DNA from: Patescibacteria group bacterium
GTDB lineage: Bacteria; Patescibacteriota; Minisyncoccia; Phycocordibacterales; SIBU01
Assembly: GCA_040390045.1 (NCBI GenBank)
Contig: JAZJZC010000003.1
Location: 115-64,114, forward strand
Direction of reading: 5' to 3'
DNA length: 64,000 nucleotides
The position numbers and the translations under genes are program-made. Within the stretch, counting starts at the first letter, position 1; every line of letters starts with the position of its first letter. Below, piece after piece: positions 9,015-19,437 of the stretch. The notes beneath the pieces are model-generated. The model saw only the letters and a list, made by a program, of their open reading frames with translations. It was not told where the DNA came from and did not search any database.

Positions 9015-10736
9015 ATGACTTTAACCACACTGGGTTCTTTTGTTTGTAATCTGCAACAAACAGCTTTTCTTGGAAATTTTTTTGTACTAGCGGGACCGGC
9101 TTTTTTATACTATTCCTATGTGCCGATTGTTTTTATTGCGACATTTCTGGGATTTTACGTTTTTCTAAATGGTCAGCGGTCTATACAAAGCAGAACACTT
9201 CTCAGCCTTACGGTATTTTTTGTTCTTTGGATTTTAAATATTTTAGTTCAATGGATTTCGCCCTACCATACGATCATGATGCTTGCGTGGCAACTTACAG
9301 CAGTTTTTGAAGTTGGATTTTTTCTTATGGCGTTATACTTTTCATATACCTTTTTTAACAAAAAGGATCTTCCGTTTTCTGGAAAATTTTTATTATTTAT
9401 TTTGAGTTTGATTACAATTATTTTAGTTCCTACAAAATTCAATATACCGCTATATAACATCATTGATTGCGAGGGTATTACTGGACCATTGTGGAATGTT
9501 ATATATGCACTGGAGCCGGCAGCCATTGTTCTCATAATATATATGGGTTTTGATGCATATCGCAAAACGCAAGAATCACTATTCAAAAGGCAAATTATCT
9601 TTCTTTCTTCGGGACTGGCAATTTTCTTAACGTCATTTTTTCTTTCAAATCTCTTGGGTGAGATAACAAAAATTTATGAATTCAACCTTTGGGGCACACC
9701 GGGAATGCTTTTATTTTTAGGACTTTTGGCGTACATGATAGTCCAATTCGAAACCTTTAACGCCAAACTTCTCGGAGCCCAAGCTCTTGTTGCAGGTCTT
9801 TTGGCCCTTATTGCCTCAATTCTTTTTGTACCAACAGAATACGTTAGGGTCATTACCTCTATTACCCTTATCCCCGCTTTCATTTTTGGAACAATTCTAA
9901 TTCGAGGTGTTAAGCGCGAAGCAGAGCAACGCGAACAACTCAAAGACCTGAATACTAATTTGGAGAAAAAAGTCTCCGCCCAAACCCTCACCATTCGGCA
10001 TGCGTTGGAAGTCGAGAAAAAAGCCCATGGGGAGCTGGAAAAACTCGATCAAAACAAAAGCGATTTTATTATCATCACCCAACACCATCTTCGCACTCCG
10101 CTAGCCCAAATTCATTGGTACACCGATTCAATCCTCAACGGACTCTACGGCAACATCTCAGGAGAATTCGCTGGTGTCATTGCCAACATTGGCAAAAGTT
10201 CTGAGAAATTGATCAAAACTCTCAACAATTTCCTCGATATTTCGCAATTAAAAATTGGCACTCAAATCCTTTCTCTGGAACCCACGAATCTCAAAGAGAT
10301 TTTGGAAGAATTACTACAGGAAATGTCCCCTGAAATCATAAAGCGTAAAATCAGCGTTAACTTTAGAGAACACGATCCTTGGCCAACCGTTTCAGTTGAT
10401 CCTGCCCGAATGAGAGACTCCCTTTCTATTATTCTCGACAACGCCATCAAGTACAATATCGATGGCGGAACTATCGACATTTCAACCAGCGAAAAGAAAT
10501 CTCAATTGCAGTTGGAAATCAGTAACACCGGTATACTGCTGACCAAAGAAGACCGCTCCAGAATCTTCAAGGAAAGCTTCTTCCGTTCAAAAGAAGCTAA
10601 AAAAGTTAATCCGCTCGGCATGGGCGTTGGACTTCTCGTTGCCAAAACTATTGTGCAGGCACATCGAGGAACAATTTCAGTTGAGAGTAATGGAGAAGGG
10701 GGAATGAAAGTAAGGGTGGGAGCGAGAAGGGGATAA
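9015..10736 (+). CDS. Multi-TM (HisKA_7TM-like) sensor histidine kinase
   Basis: Polytopic N-terminus; TQHHLRTPL, ILDNAIKYN, GMGVGL. Confidence 0.9.
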   Translation: MTLTTLGSFVCNLQQTAFLGNFFVLAGPAFLYYSYVPIVFIATFLGFYVFLNGQRSIQSRTLLSLTVFFVLWILNILVQWISPYHTIMMLAWQLTAVFEVGFFLMALYFSYTFFNKKDLPFSGKFLLFILSLITIILVPTKFNIPLYNIIDCEGITGPLWNVIYALEPAAIVLIIYMGFDAYRKTQESLFKRQIIFLSSGLAIFLTSFFLSNLLGEITKIYEFNLWGTPGMLLFLGLLAYMIVQFETFNAKLLGAQALVAGLLALIASILFVPTEYVRVITSITLIPAFIFGTILIRGVKREAEQREQLKDLNTNLEKKVSAQTLTIRHALEVEKKAHGELEKLDQNKSDFIIITQHHLRTPLAQIHWYTDSILNGLYGNISGEFAGVIANIGKSSEKLIKTLNNFLDISQLKIGTQILSLEPTNLKEILEELLQEMSPEIIKRKISVNFREHDPWPTVSVDPARMRDSLSIILDNAIKYNIDGGTIDISTSEKKSQLQLEISNTGILLTKEDRSRIFKESFFRSKEAKKVNPLGMGVGLLVAKTIVQAHRGTISVESNGEGGMKVRVGARRG

Positions 10737-10850
10737 CAGAATATGTACGAGCAACCGGTTACTTGCTATAATTGTTGTTAAGAAATAACAATTAATGTTA
10801 CAATAATAGTCTGAGTGACAGAGAACGATCTTTATTGGTATCATAGGGAT

Positions 10851-11213
10851 ATGGAAAACATAGACACAAAAAAATATCGAGAATTATTAACAAAAGAATT
10901 AGCAGTTGTCGAGAAAGAATTAAATACCATAGGCCGAAAAAATCCTTCGAACCCGGCTGACTGGGAAGCGATGCCTGACAAAATGGACACGCTTGCATCC
11001 GACTCAAATGACGTCGCTGACAGTATCGAATCCTACGAAGAAAACACAGGAATTTTGAAACAACTAGAAATTCGTTTTAATGAAATCAAGCGCGCACTAG
11101 AAAGAATCGAAGCTGGAACATACGGAACTTGTGAAGTGAGTGGGGAACCGATTGAAATCAAAAGACTTGATGCCAATCCGGCGGCGACTACCTGCTTGAA
11201 GCACATCAAATAA
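10851..11213 (+). CDS. DksA/TraR family protein
   Basis: DSNDVAD coiled-coil tip, ALERIEAGTYGTCEVSGEPI...RL...P; TGG-TATCAT 6 nt upstream of ATG. Confidence 0.88.
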   Translation: MENIDTKKYRELLTKELAVVEKELNTIGRKNPSNPADWEAMPDKMDTLASDSNDVADSIESYEENTGILKQLEIRFNEIKRALERIEAGTYGTCEVSGEPIEIKRLDANPAATTCLKHIK

Positions 11214-11327
11214 ACTCGAAGCACCAAATCCGAAATCCGAAACAAACCCCGAAAATCTAAATGTTTAAAATTTTAAAAATTAGAATTTAGATATTGTTTC
11301 GAATTTCGTGCTTCGAATTTCGGATTT
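11212..11327 (+). repeat. Empty inverted heptamer-repeat element (AAATCCG family) between dksA-like and comM
   Basis: AAACTCGAAGCACCAAATCCGAAA versus TTTCGAATTTCGTGCTTCGAATTT; starts in the stop codon and ends 7 nt before the comM ATG. Confidence 0.75.
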
Positions 11328-11334
11328 CATTCCC

Positions 11335-12882
11335 ATGTCTTTCGCCAAGGTCTACAGCGCCCAAACAACCCTACTCTCCGCTCAGATCATTTCAGTAGAA
11401 ATAGATTTATCTAAAGGATTACACTCATTTTCCATAGTCGGCCTCCCCGACAAGGGTGTGGAAGAATCTCGTGATCGTGTTGCCGCCGCCATCAAAAATT
11501 CCGGCTTCACTTCTCCCAAACAAAAAAACCAGAAGGTGACAATTTCACTGGCGCCCGCGGATGTGAAAAAAGAAGGGCCGATTTTTGATCTGGCGATAGC
11601 TTTGGCCTACCTTGCTGCTTCGGAAGAAATTAAACTGGAACCGGAAGGCAAAATTTTTCTTGGTGAACTGTCTTTGGATGGAAAGTTACGAAAAATTCAC
11701 GGAGTGTTGCCGCTGGCTCGAAAGGCACATGACGAAGGTTTCAAAGAAATTTATGTACCCGAGGAAAACGCGCGCGAAGCGGCGCTCATCGAAGGAATTA
11801 ACGTTTTTGGGATCAACAACTTAACGCAAATTCTGGAACACTTGGCAACCGACGCTGAACCAGATCGGGTAGGAAAAAGTTTGCAGCCTCAGGAAACCAC
11901 GCGGATTGCGAAAAAATCTCAAAATTACGAAGTTGATTTTTCAGACATCAAGGGCCAGGAAACAGCAAAAAGAGGATTGGAAATTGCCGCGGCAGGAGGA
12001 CACAACATTGCCATGTTTGGGCCACCAGGCACCGGCAAAACCATGCTCGCCAAGGCCTTTTGTCATATTTTGCCACCACTTTCTTTTGAAAAAATACTTG
12101 ATGTCACCGCCATTCATTCTATCGCCGGAATTTTAAAAGGCGACATGCTGAGCGAGCCGCCGATCCGTTCACCGCACCACACCGCGTCCTACGTTTCACT
12201 GGTTGGTGGTGGATCGACACCAAAACCCGGCGAAGTGACCCTTTCGCATCACGGAGTTTTGTTTCTCGACGAATTTGCGGAATTTGAACGTCGCGCCATA
12301 GATGCCCTTCGTGAACCTTTGGAAGAAAGGGTAATGAGCGTTTCTCGAGCGCGCGGTACAGTGCATTTTCCGGCAAAATTTATTTTAATTGCCGCCATGA
12401 ATCCGTGCCCGTGCGGGAATAATGGCTCAACGGAAAAAAATTGTATCTGCTCTCCGATTATTCTCAAGCGTTACAAAGATAAAATTTCCGGACCGATTAT
12501 CGACCGGATCGATATTTGGCTTGAAGTTCCTAGAATTTCTCACCAGACTCTTTCGAATAAATCCGGCTCTGAAAGTACAGCGGCAGTCAGAGAAAGGGTC
12601 ATTAAAGCTAGAGAAATCCAAGAAGCGCGGTTCAAGGCACATGGCCGAGCCATCGATACCAATAGCGACCTTTCGGCGCGAGACATCTCAAAAATCATTG
12701 ATCTTGATGAGAGTGTCACAAAAATATTAAACACTTTGGCTGAGCGACTCGGTCTTTCTGGACGAGCCTACCATCGCGTCATTAAACTAGCTCGAACTAT
12801 CGCCGATCTCGACGGCTCCGAAAAAATAGCTGAGAATCACGTACTTGAAGCGCTCCAATATCGCCCGAAGCAGCTGGCGTAG
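11335..12882 (+). CDS. comM: YifB/ComM Mg-chelatase-like AAA+ ATPase
   Basis: IVGLPDKGVEESRDRV, GPPGTGKT, PHHTAS, GVLFLDEF, AAMNPCPCG. Confidence 0.95.
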   Translation: MSFAKVYSAQTTLLSAQIISVEIDLSKGLHSFSIVGLPDKGVEESRDRVAAAIKNSGFTSPKQKNQKVTISLAPADVKKEGPIFDLAIALAYLAASEEIKLEPEGKIFLGELSLDGKLRKIHGVLPLARKAHDEGFKEIYVPEENAREAALIEGINVFGINNLTQILEHLATDAEPDRVGKSLQPQETTRIAKKSQNYEVDFSDIKGQETAKRGLEIAAAGGHNIAMFGPPGTGKTMLAKAFCHILPPLSFEKILDVTAIHSIAGILKGDMLSEPPIRSPHHTASYVSLVGGGSTPKPGEVTLSHHGVLFLDEFAEFERRAIDALREPLEERVMSVSRARGTVHFPAKFILIAAMNPCPCGNNGSTEKNCICSPIILKRYKDKISGPIIDRIDIWLEVPRISHQTLSNKSGSESTAAVRERVIKAREIQEARFKAHGRAIDTNSDLSARDISKIIDLDESVTKILNTLAERLGLSGRAYHRVIKLARTIADLDGSEKIAENHVLEALQYRPKQLA

Positions 12883-12903
12883 TGAGGCGGAATCAAGACA
12901 AAG

Positions 12904-12924
12904 AAAAAGCCCCTTTCGGGGTTT
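12904..12924 (-). terminator. Intrinsic terminator of the M23 gene
   Basis: Minus strand AACCCC-GAAA-GGGGCTTTTT. Confidence 0.7.
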
Positions 12925-12933
12925 GCAGGAATC

Positions 12934-12967
12934 TTACCCATTCGACTCGAAGACTCGCTCAGGGTAA
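12934..12967. repeat. REP-like small palindrome (CCC-TTCGAC...GCTCA-GGG family)
   Basis: TTACCC-ATTCGACTCGAAGACTCGCTCA-GGGTAA; relative at 63415-63433. Confidence 0.55.
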
Positions 12968-12985
12968 AAATCTTAAGAAAGATTT

Positions 12986-14065
12986 TTAAAACGGGTTCTT
13001 GGCTCCTCGGACTTCAAAGTGAAGATGTGCCCCGGTTGATTTTCCCGTATTCCCTACGAAACCAATAACCTGACCTTGATTAACATGCGTCCCCTGAGCA
13101 ACAATATCGCTGGACATGTGCGCATACAACGTTTGAGTACCATTTGGATGTGAAATAACCACATACTCGCCATATCCTCCATTCCAACCTGAATTTTTAC
13201 TGATGATGACCTCTCCAGAAGCGGCAGCCATAATTGGGGTGCCAACGGGATCTCCCAAATCAACACCGTTGTATCCGTGTATACCCTGAGTTTTTACGTA
13301 TGCGCCAAGAGGGGAGGCATAATAACCATCCAAACTTGGACCTCCTGTGCCTCTTGGTTTGGAAGTTGGAGTGGTACCGGTAACTTTCTTAACGGTTGCC
13401 ACTTCACCATCGGGAACGATCAAAGTGCCACCAACAGCCAAAGCTTCTCCATCTTTCAAGTTGTTGAACTGCTTAATTTCTTCAATGTCCGCCTTATACT
13501 TTGCCGCAATGCTTTTTAGGGTGTCGCCTGCCTTGATCGTGTGTTGAGTACCAGAAATAGGCAAAATAATAAGCTGTTGTCCAATTTTTAAACTGCTTGG
13601 AGTAACATCGTTAGCCCAAACAATCGTGTTGACTGAAACGCGGAACATCTTGGCAATCTGAGAAAGAGTGTCGCCTGGACGAACAACATAGATGCTGATC
13701 TGGTCTGAATGAGCCTCGTCGATATCCGCCATACTACCTGATGGACCGGTTTCCGAAAGGAGCGCAGTGTCACTTACCACCACGATGTCGCCACCACCTT
13801 TGGCAAGAGTTGGATTGGAACTGATAGTCGCTTGAAGCAAAGAAATGTTCTGTGAAGTTGCCACCGTAGCAACCTGAGCTTGGGCGGTGTCAGTAAATAA
13901 ATTTGAAACAAAAGAAAAAATCCCCGCATACGCAAAGGTTGGGAGACTTAAAGAGATGAAAATACTAAACAGCCTTGTATAAAAAAGGGCCTGAATTAGC
14001 AATTTTGTGCCTCTACTGAGCCATTTTTTCGAATTTGGCTCGAGAGGTTTGTGGGAGTCTTTCAA
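12986..14065 (-). CDS. LysM + M23 family peptidase
   Basis: Two LysM repeats (YVVRPGDTLSQIA; HTIKAGDTLKSIA), TLYAHM, STGAHLHFEV; start codon uncertain. Confidence 0.92.
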   Translation of the reverse strand: MKDSHKPLEPNSKKWLSRGTKLLIQALFYTRLFSIFISLSLPTFAYAGIFSFVSNLFTDTAQAQVATVATSQNISLLQATISSNPTLAKGGGDIVVVSDTALLSETGPSGSMADIDEAHSDQISIYVVRPGDTLSQIAKMFRVSVNTIVWANDVTPSSLKIGQQLIILPISGTQHTIKAGDTLKSIAAKYKADIEEIKQFNNLKDGEALAVGGTLIVPDGEVATVKKVTGTTPTSKPRGTGGPSLDGYYASPLGAYVKTQGIHGYNGVDLGDPVGTPIMAAASGEVIISKNSGWNGGYGEYVVISHPNGTQTLYAHMSSDIVAQGTHVNQGQVIGFVGNTGKSTGAHLHFEVRGAKNPF

Positions 14066-14341
14066 AATAAGCCTATTTCTATGATTAATCTGGCGGTCTT
14101 ACAGAAAAGTGGCTCTAATTAGCCACTAAAAGGAAATCTCCCATATCGGCACTTGCATACTACTATAAACCCTGGCGGGGCGAAGTCAACTGATAAAAAG
14201 ACACCCTGGGGATAACGTTTGGGAGCAAAATTTTAGAAAAATTGTAAGCCAAAACGAGAAAATTAGTCCCGGAAATTTTGCCGCAAAATTTCCAGACAAC
14301 ATTCATCCCTAACTCGTCTCTCATGCTATAGTATTGTCTCA

Positions 14342-16318
14342 ATGAACAACCTCGAAGGACTAAATGCTCAACAAAAAGAAGCTGTACTTCAGACCGAAGG
14401 GCCATTACTCATCATTGCCGGAGCGGGAGCTGGCAAAACCAAGACCATCACGCACAGAATTCTTCACTTGATCACTCAAGGTGTAGCTCCCTCCAATATT
14501 CTTGCTGTAACTTTTACTAACAAAGCGGCCAAAGAGATGCGCGAGCGAGTGATGAAGCTCTTGGCGGAAGACAAAAGTCTCAATTTTCCTGTTTCGAGTT
14601 TCGATTCTTCTAACAACTACCGATCACAAACCACGAACCTTCCTCTTGTCTGCACCTTCCATGCCCTAGGCGTGAAAATTTTGCGTGAAAACTGCCGACT
14701 GCTCAACATTCCACTCCATTTCACCATTCTCGACAAAGGAGATTCCATGAGATTCATCAAAGACGCAATGGATGAGGCAGGCGTTGATAAAAAAAGCTTT
14801 GACCCGGCGGTAATCCAAAACCTCATCAGCAGAGAAAAAGGTTCGGGCATCACCGTCGAAAAATTTCAGGAAAAAATTGGCAACGAATACATCCCGACCG
14901 TGGCACTGTCAGTCTGGAAACGGTACGAAGCCAACTTGGCGAAGGAAAAAGCGCTGGACTTCGATGACCTGTTGCTCAAAACAGCCACATTACTCCGCGA
15001 CAACGAGGCCGTGCGATCGCACTACCAAAAAACCTGGCAATACATTCACATCGACGAATACCAGGACACCAACAAGGTTCAGTATCTCATTGCTAAATAT
15101 TTAGCTGAAAAAACCAAAAACATTTGTGTGGTGGGGGACATCGATCAGACAATTTACAGTTGGCGCGGGGCAGACATCAAAAATATTTTGGGTTTCGAAA
15201 AAGATTACCCAAACGCCAAGATGGTGATGCTCGAGGAAAATTATCGTTCAACCCAGACTATTTTAACCGCGGCCAATCGCGTCATCGCTAAAAATAAAGT
15301 GAGGAGAGACAAAAATCTATTTACTAAAAACGGCGAAGGAGAAAAAGTGGGAATTTTTGAAGCCTACGACGAAACTGACGAAGCTCGTTTTGTAGCTACC
15401 AAATCTCGGCAATTGATTGAAAATGGGACCTCGCCATCTGAAATTGCAGTCTTATATAGAGCCAATTTTCAGGGACGAGCGCTTGAAGAAGGAATGCTGA
15501 GCTTGAGCTTGCCGTATCAAGTTTTGGGAATTCGTTTCTTTGAAAGAAAGGAGGTGAAAGATATTATTTCTTACCTCAAAGCCTCTTTAAATGAAGAAGG
15601 TCTTTCTGATATCAAAAGAATTATTAATGTTCCACCGCGAGGACTCGGTAAGGTGACCGTCTTAAAAATTTTTGCTGGCCAGGAAAATACCTTGCCGGCC
15701 AATACTCTAAAAAAAGTAACGGCTTTCAGAAAAATCCTAGGGGAGATTAGGGAAGTTGCGGCTAAAGAAAAACCGTCACAAACCATTAAACACATTATCC
15801 GTGCCAGTGGCATCGAGCAAGAATTGAGAAATGGTGGAAACGACGATGAAGAGCGTTTAGAAAACATCCGGGAGCTTGTAACCTTTGCCACCAAGTACGA
15901 TGTCTATGAAAAACCCGAAGATGGTATTCTAAAATTTCTTGAGGAGGCGGCGCTAGCATCGGATCAAGATGAAATGATGAAGGGAAGAGATGCCATCAAA
16001 CTAATGACGGTGCATGCGGCCAAGGGATTAGAGTTTGAATATGTGTTTATCACCGGACTTGAAGAGGATTTATTTCCGCACAAAAAAATGAGTGCCGGCA
16101 AGGTTGATGAGCGACAAGAAGAGGAGGAACGCCGATTGTTTTATGTCGCTTTGACGCGAGCTAAGAAAAAATTGTATCTTTCATACGCTAGTATCCGAAC
16201 GATTTTCGGTTCAAAACAAATCAATGTGCCGTCGGAATTTGTATTTGATATCGATGAAGAATTGTCAGAAAAGGAAGAATCATTTGCAGGAGGAGGTAAA
16301 ATAATTTACCTGGATTAG
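14342..16318 (+). CDS. pcrA: UvrD/PcrA ATP-dependent DNA helicase
   Basis: AGAGAGKT, TFTNKAA, DEYQDTN, VGDIDQTIYSWRGA, TVHAAKGLEF, EERRLFYVALTRA. Confidence 0.95.
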   Translation: MNNLEGLNAQQKEAVLQTEGPLLIIAGAGAGKTKTITHRILHLITQGVAPSNILAVTFTNKAAKEMRERVMKLLAEDKSLNFPVSSFDSSNNYRSQTTNLPLVCTFHALGVKILRENCRLLNIPLHFTILDKGDSMRFIKDAMDEAGVDKKSFDPAVIQNLISREKGSGITVEKFQEKIGNEYIPTVALSVWKRYEANLAKEKALDFDDLLLKTATLLRDNEAVRSHYQKTWQYIHIDEYQDTNKVQYLIAKYLAEKTKNICVVGDIDQTIYSWRGADIKNILGFEKDYPNAKMVMLEENYRSTQTILTAANRVIAKNKVRRDKNLFTKNGEGEKVGIFEAYDETDEARFVATKSRQLIENGTSPSEIAVLYRANFQGRALEEGMLSLSLPYQVLGIRFFERKEVKDIISYLKASLNEEGLSDIKRIINVPPRGLGKVTVLKIFAGQENTLPANTLKKVTAFRKILGEIREVAAKEKPSQTIKHIIRASGIEQELRNGGNDDEERLENIRELVTFATKYDVYEKPEDGILKFLEEAALASDQDEMMKGRDAIKLMTVHAAKGLEFEYVFITGLEEDLFPHKKMSAGKVDERQEEEERRLFYVALTRAKKKLYLSYASIRTIFGSKQINVPSEFVFDIDEELSEKEESFAGGGKIIYLD

Positions 16319-16334
16319 GAAATCCAGGTAGCTG

Positions 16335-16440
16335 ATACTAATATACGAATGAATGCGAATCTACAAATAACTACCAATGCTTGGTTGTGGGATTTTATTC
16401 GCAGTTATTAGTAGTATTAGTATAATTAGTTGATTAGTAT
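16335..16440 (+). repeat. Inverted short-period repeat element between pcrA and rsmA
   Basis: ATACTAAT/ATTAGTAT (includes the AT of the rsmA ATG) and TGCGAAT/ATTCGCA. Confidence 0.6.
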
Positions 16441-17209
16441 GCTTTACGCTAAAAAATCATTAGGTCAAAATTTTCTCCACTCAAAAAAAGCCATCAGCGA
16501 CATCGTACTTGCTGGAGAAATACAAAAAGGGGAGACGGTGCTCGAAGCTGGGCCAGGTACAGGAATTTTAACTGAAGCTCTTCTACAAGCTGGAGCAAAA
16601 GTGTTGGCCATTGAAAAAGATCGCCGACTCATTCCAGTTCTTGAGCAAAAATTCGCCGTTGAGATTGCCTCGGGCAACCTGACCCTCATCGAAGGCGACA
16701 TCTTAGATTTTGATTCTTCTCTCTACCCACTACATACTACCCACTACAAACTAGTGGCCAACATTCCCTACTACATCACCGGTGTTTTCATCCGAAAATT
16801 TTTAGAAACCGAACATCAACCAAATAAAATTGTTATTTTAATTCAAAAAGAAGTGGCGGAAAGAATCGTGACCAGAGATGGCAAAGAAAGTTTGCTTTCT
16901 TTAGGGGTTAAAGCCTACGGCACACCGAAATACATCGCCACAGTAACAAAAGGGAATTTCCGTCCGGCACCAAACGTCGACTCAGCAATCCTCGCCATTG
17001 AAAACATTTCCCGAAACAATTTTGAAAACCCCGAACAAGAAAAAAAACTTTTCGCGCTAGCCAAAAAAGCTTTCGGTCAAAAAAGAAAAATGATCACCGG
17101 CACACTCGGTGTAAGTGCAGAGACACTTTCAGCCTGTGGCATCGAGGCAAAAGCTCGGCCAGAAGAACTGAGTTTAAAAGACTGGCTTTATCTAACAAAG
17201 AATATCTAA
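16439..17209 (+). CDS. rsmA: 16S rRNA m6,2A dimethyltransferase KsgA
   Basis: KKSLGQNFL, LEAGPGTG, ANIPYYIT, QKEVAERI, PAPNVDSA. Confidence 0.97.
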   Translation: MLYAKKSLGQNFLHSKKAISDIVLAGEIQKGETVLEAGPGTGILTEALLQAGAKVLAIEKDRRLIPVLEQKFAVEIASGNLTLIEGDILDFDSSLYPLHTTHYKLVANIPYYITGVFIRKFLETEHQPNKIVILIQKEVAERIVTRDGKESLLSLGVKAYGTPKYIATVTKGNFRPAPNVDSAILAIENISRNNFENPEQEKKLFALAKKAFGQKRKMITGTLGVSAETLSACGIEAKARPEELSLKDWLYLTKNI

Positions 17210-17213
17210 AATA

Positions 17214-18278
17214 TTATCTACTGCCTGTCACTCCACCAATCAAACCCTCCTGTGGCAGTGAATAGCACGAAGGGTAAGCGATCATCAGACACGTCGACGC
17301 TGGAGTATATGCCCCAACAGCGTTTAACGAAAATGGCAAACTGTAGGTCATATACATCTGGGTACCCATATAATATGTTAAAAGCGCAGGGTATTCTGGA
17401 GGCAAGGGAGTTAGGGTTATCAGCCAATTACCGCTACAAGTGCAGGGGAGAATAAATAGGATTCTTGCACCAAAGGGTAGACCCGTCGTTAGTGCATTAG
17501 CCTTTTCGGGAGCGAAAAGTCCAACAATATTTTTAAAGAAACCCAAGAAACTGCCGGGGCCAGCTTTTGATGAGGTGTTTAAGCCGTGAATTTCAACGCC
17601 ACTTTTCTGAACTTCCTCAATAAATTTTTTTTCTGGATGATTTAAATCGATCTCTTTTTTGACCTGCTCCTTGGCAAAAGTGAGCGCATCTTTAGTATAC
17701 CCCTGTTTTGCCCCAACCCTATCAAGAGCGGCAAAAAGGGCAGACTCATCGAAAACAATTTTGTCTAAAGGCGTTTCGGGGTTTGGGGTAATGAGTTCAG
17801 TGGCAGGGGTTCCTGGAAAAGTAACTTCAGGTTGTACAGGAGTTGGAACCACAGGAGACGTGACGACAGGAAGATTTTGTTGAGTAGAAATATTTTGTAA
17901 TGAAGAAAGTTTTTTTCGTGTTGCGGCTCCCACAAAACCAGTGGCCTGGGAGAGCCCGTTTGGAAATAAAATTTCATCTCGATATTTCCACTGGAAACGC
18001 TTCACCGCATCAAAGGTTTTTGAACCAAAATAGTCGGTTTCAAAACCGATTGAAGCGATACCGCTTCCAGAAACTTGAGTTTCAACATCGGTATTTAACA
18101 TTTTTTGAAGCGCGACAACATCTGCGCCCTGAGAACCGACTGAAAGGTTTCGATAAAAGGAGGAAGTGGAAATTTCCTCGGCCAAAACTGGAATTGAGAG
18201 TACGAAAATGGATACTGCCACCAAAAAACTTTTGAAAAATAGGGTGCTACCTGTCTGCTGTTGTTGTACCGAAATCAT
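17214..18278 (-). CDS. Secreted peptidoglycan-binding protein with Cys-rich C-terminal domain
   Basis: LSVGSQGADVVALQKMLN...YFGSKTFDAVKRFQ; PCTCSG; TGA-TATAAT 7 nt upstream of ATG 18278. Confidence 0.8.
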   Translation of the reverse strand: MISVQQQQTGSTLFFKSFLVAVSIFVLSIPVLAEEISTSSFYRNLSVGSQGADVVALQKMLNTDVETQVSGSGIASIGFETDYFGSKTFDAVKRFQWKYRDEILFPNGLSQATGFVGAATRKKLSSLQNISTQQNLPVVTSPVVPTPVQPEVTFPGTPATELITPNPETPLDKIVFDESALFAALDRVGAKQGYTKDALTFAKEQVKKEIDLNHPEKKFIEEVQKSGVEIHGLNTSSKAGPGSFLGFFKNIVGLFAPEKANALTTGLPFGARILFILPCTCSGNWLITLTPLPPEYPALLTYYMGTQMYMTYSLPFSLNAVGAYTPASTCLMIAYPSCYSLPQEGLIGGVTGSR

Positions 18279-18382
18279 ATACACAATTATATCATGGAGG
18301 AAAAGCAATGTTGCTATTTTTTTGGTATACTTTCTGCTAAAGAAAGGAGGGACTCTGAACCTGCTGGAACTTTTGTATATAA

Positions 18383-19354
18383 ATGAAAAGTGTACACAAA
18401 AAAACTATCGTAATCATCGTTGTACTAGCTTCTATTGTCGCTCTTTTAGTTGTGGTTTTTATTAAATTCTCAAAATCCACCACCTATACCAGCTCACTCG
18501 ATGAAAGTACCATTCAATCAAAAATGCTGGCAGTTGATACCGACTCAGATGGTTTAAAAGATTGGGAAGAACAGCTATGGAAAACTGATCCGAAAAATCC
18601 TGACTCGGATGGTGATGGCGCGCTTGATGGAGAAGAAATTAAAACTGGGCGTGACCCGTTGAAGGCAGGGCCAAATGATAAGCTCGACACCGACACGATA
18701 ACCGCCAAAATAAATCCTGAAACAGAATCTGACCTCTCCGAAACCGACAAATTCTCTCGAGAACTTTTTGTAAAAATAATTGCAGCTGGGGAATCTGACA
18801 CTCCTCCGACAGAAGCCGATTACGAAAATTTTCTGAATCAAACTATTCAGCAACAAATTGACGCTCAAAAAATTAAGAATTACACTTCTGAAGATGTAAA
18901 AGTTGATGCAGAAGAAACTCCTGAAAAAATTAGAGCTTACGGCAATACTATTGCCAGCATTCTGACCAAAAAGCCCCCTCAAAAACTTGAGTTTGAAATT
19001 GCCATTGTGGATAGAGCCCAAACAAAGAACGACCCCGAGGAATTAAAAAAGCTTGAACCTTTGATTGCTGAATATAAACGCATTGAACATGATTTGATCA
19101 AGGTAACTGTACCGAAAAGCGCGTTGAAAAATCATTTGTTACTCATAAATGCCACAACAGCCATGGCGTGGAGCATCACTGGCTTGGAATATGTTTTATC
19201 TGATCCACTCAAAGCCTTGCCGGGAGTTACCGCCTATTCAGACAACGCGGACGGTTTTCAAAATGCAATCAGATCGTTTAAAAGTTATTTTGATTCGGCG
19301 GGAATTATTTTTCAATCAACAGACAGTGGTTATCAATTCTTCGATACGATATAA
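18383..19354 (+). CDS. Membrane-anchored protein with TSP3-like Ca-binding repeats
   Basis: N-terminal TM; DTDSDGLKDWEE...DSDGDGALDGEE. Confidence 0.75.
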   Translation: MKSVHKKTIVIIVVLASIVALLVVVFIKFSKSTTYTSSLDESTIQSKMLAVDTDSDGLKDWEEQLWKTDPKNPDSDGDGALDGEEIKTGRDPLKAGPNDKLDTDTITAKINPETESDLSETDKFSRELFVKIIAAGESDTPPTEADYENFLNQTIQQQIDAQKIKNYTSEDVKVDAEETPEKIRAYGNTIASILTKKPPQKLEFEIAIVDRAQTKNDPEELKKLEPLIAEYKRIEHDLIKVTVPKSALKNHLLLINATTAMAWSITGLEYVLSDPLKALPGVTAYSDNADGFQNAIRSFKSYFDSAGIIFQSTDSGYQFFDTI

Positions 19355-19437
19355 TTAGTAGGACTTATTCAGTCGGCATCCACAGGACTGCGTTTTGTTC
19401 TCACATAAGAATGTGAACAAAACGGGAGCATTTCAAT

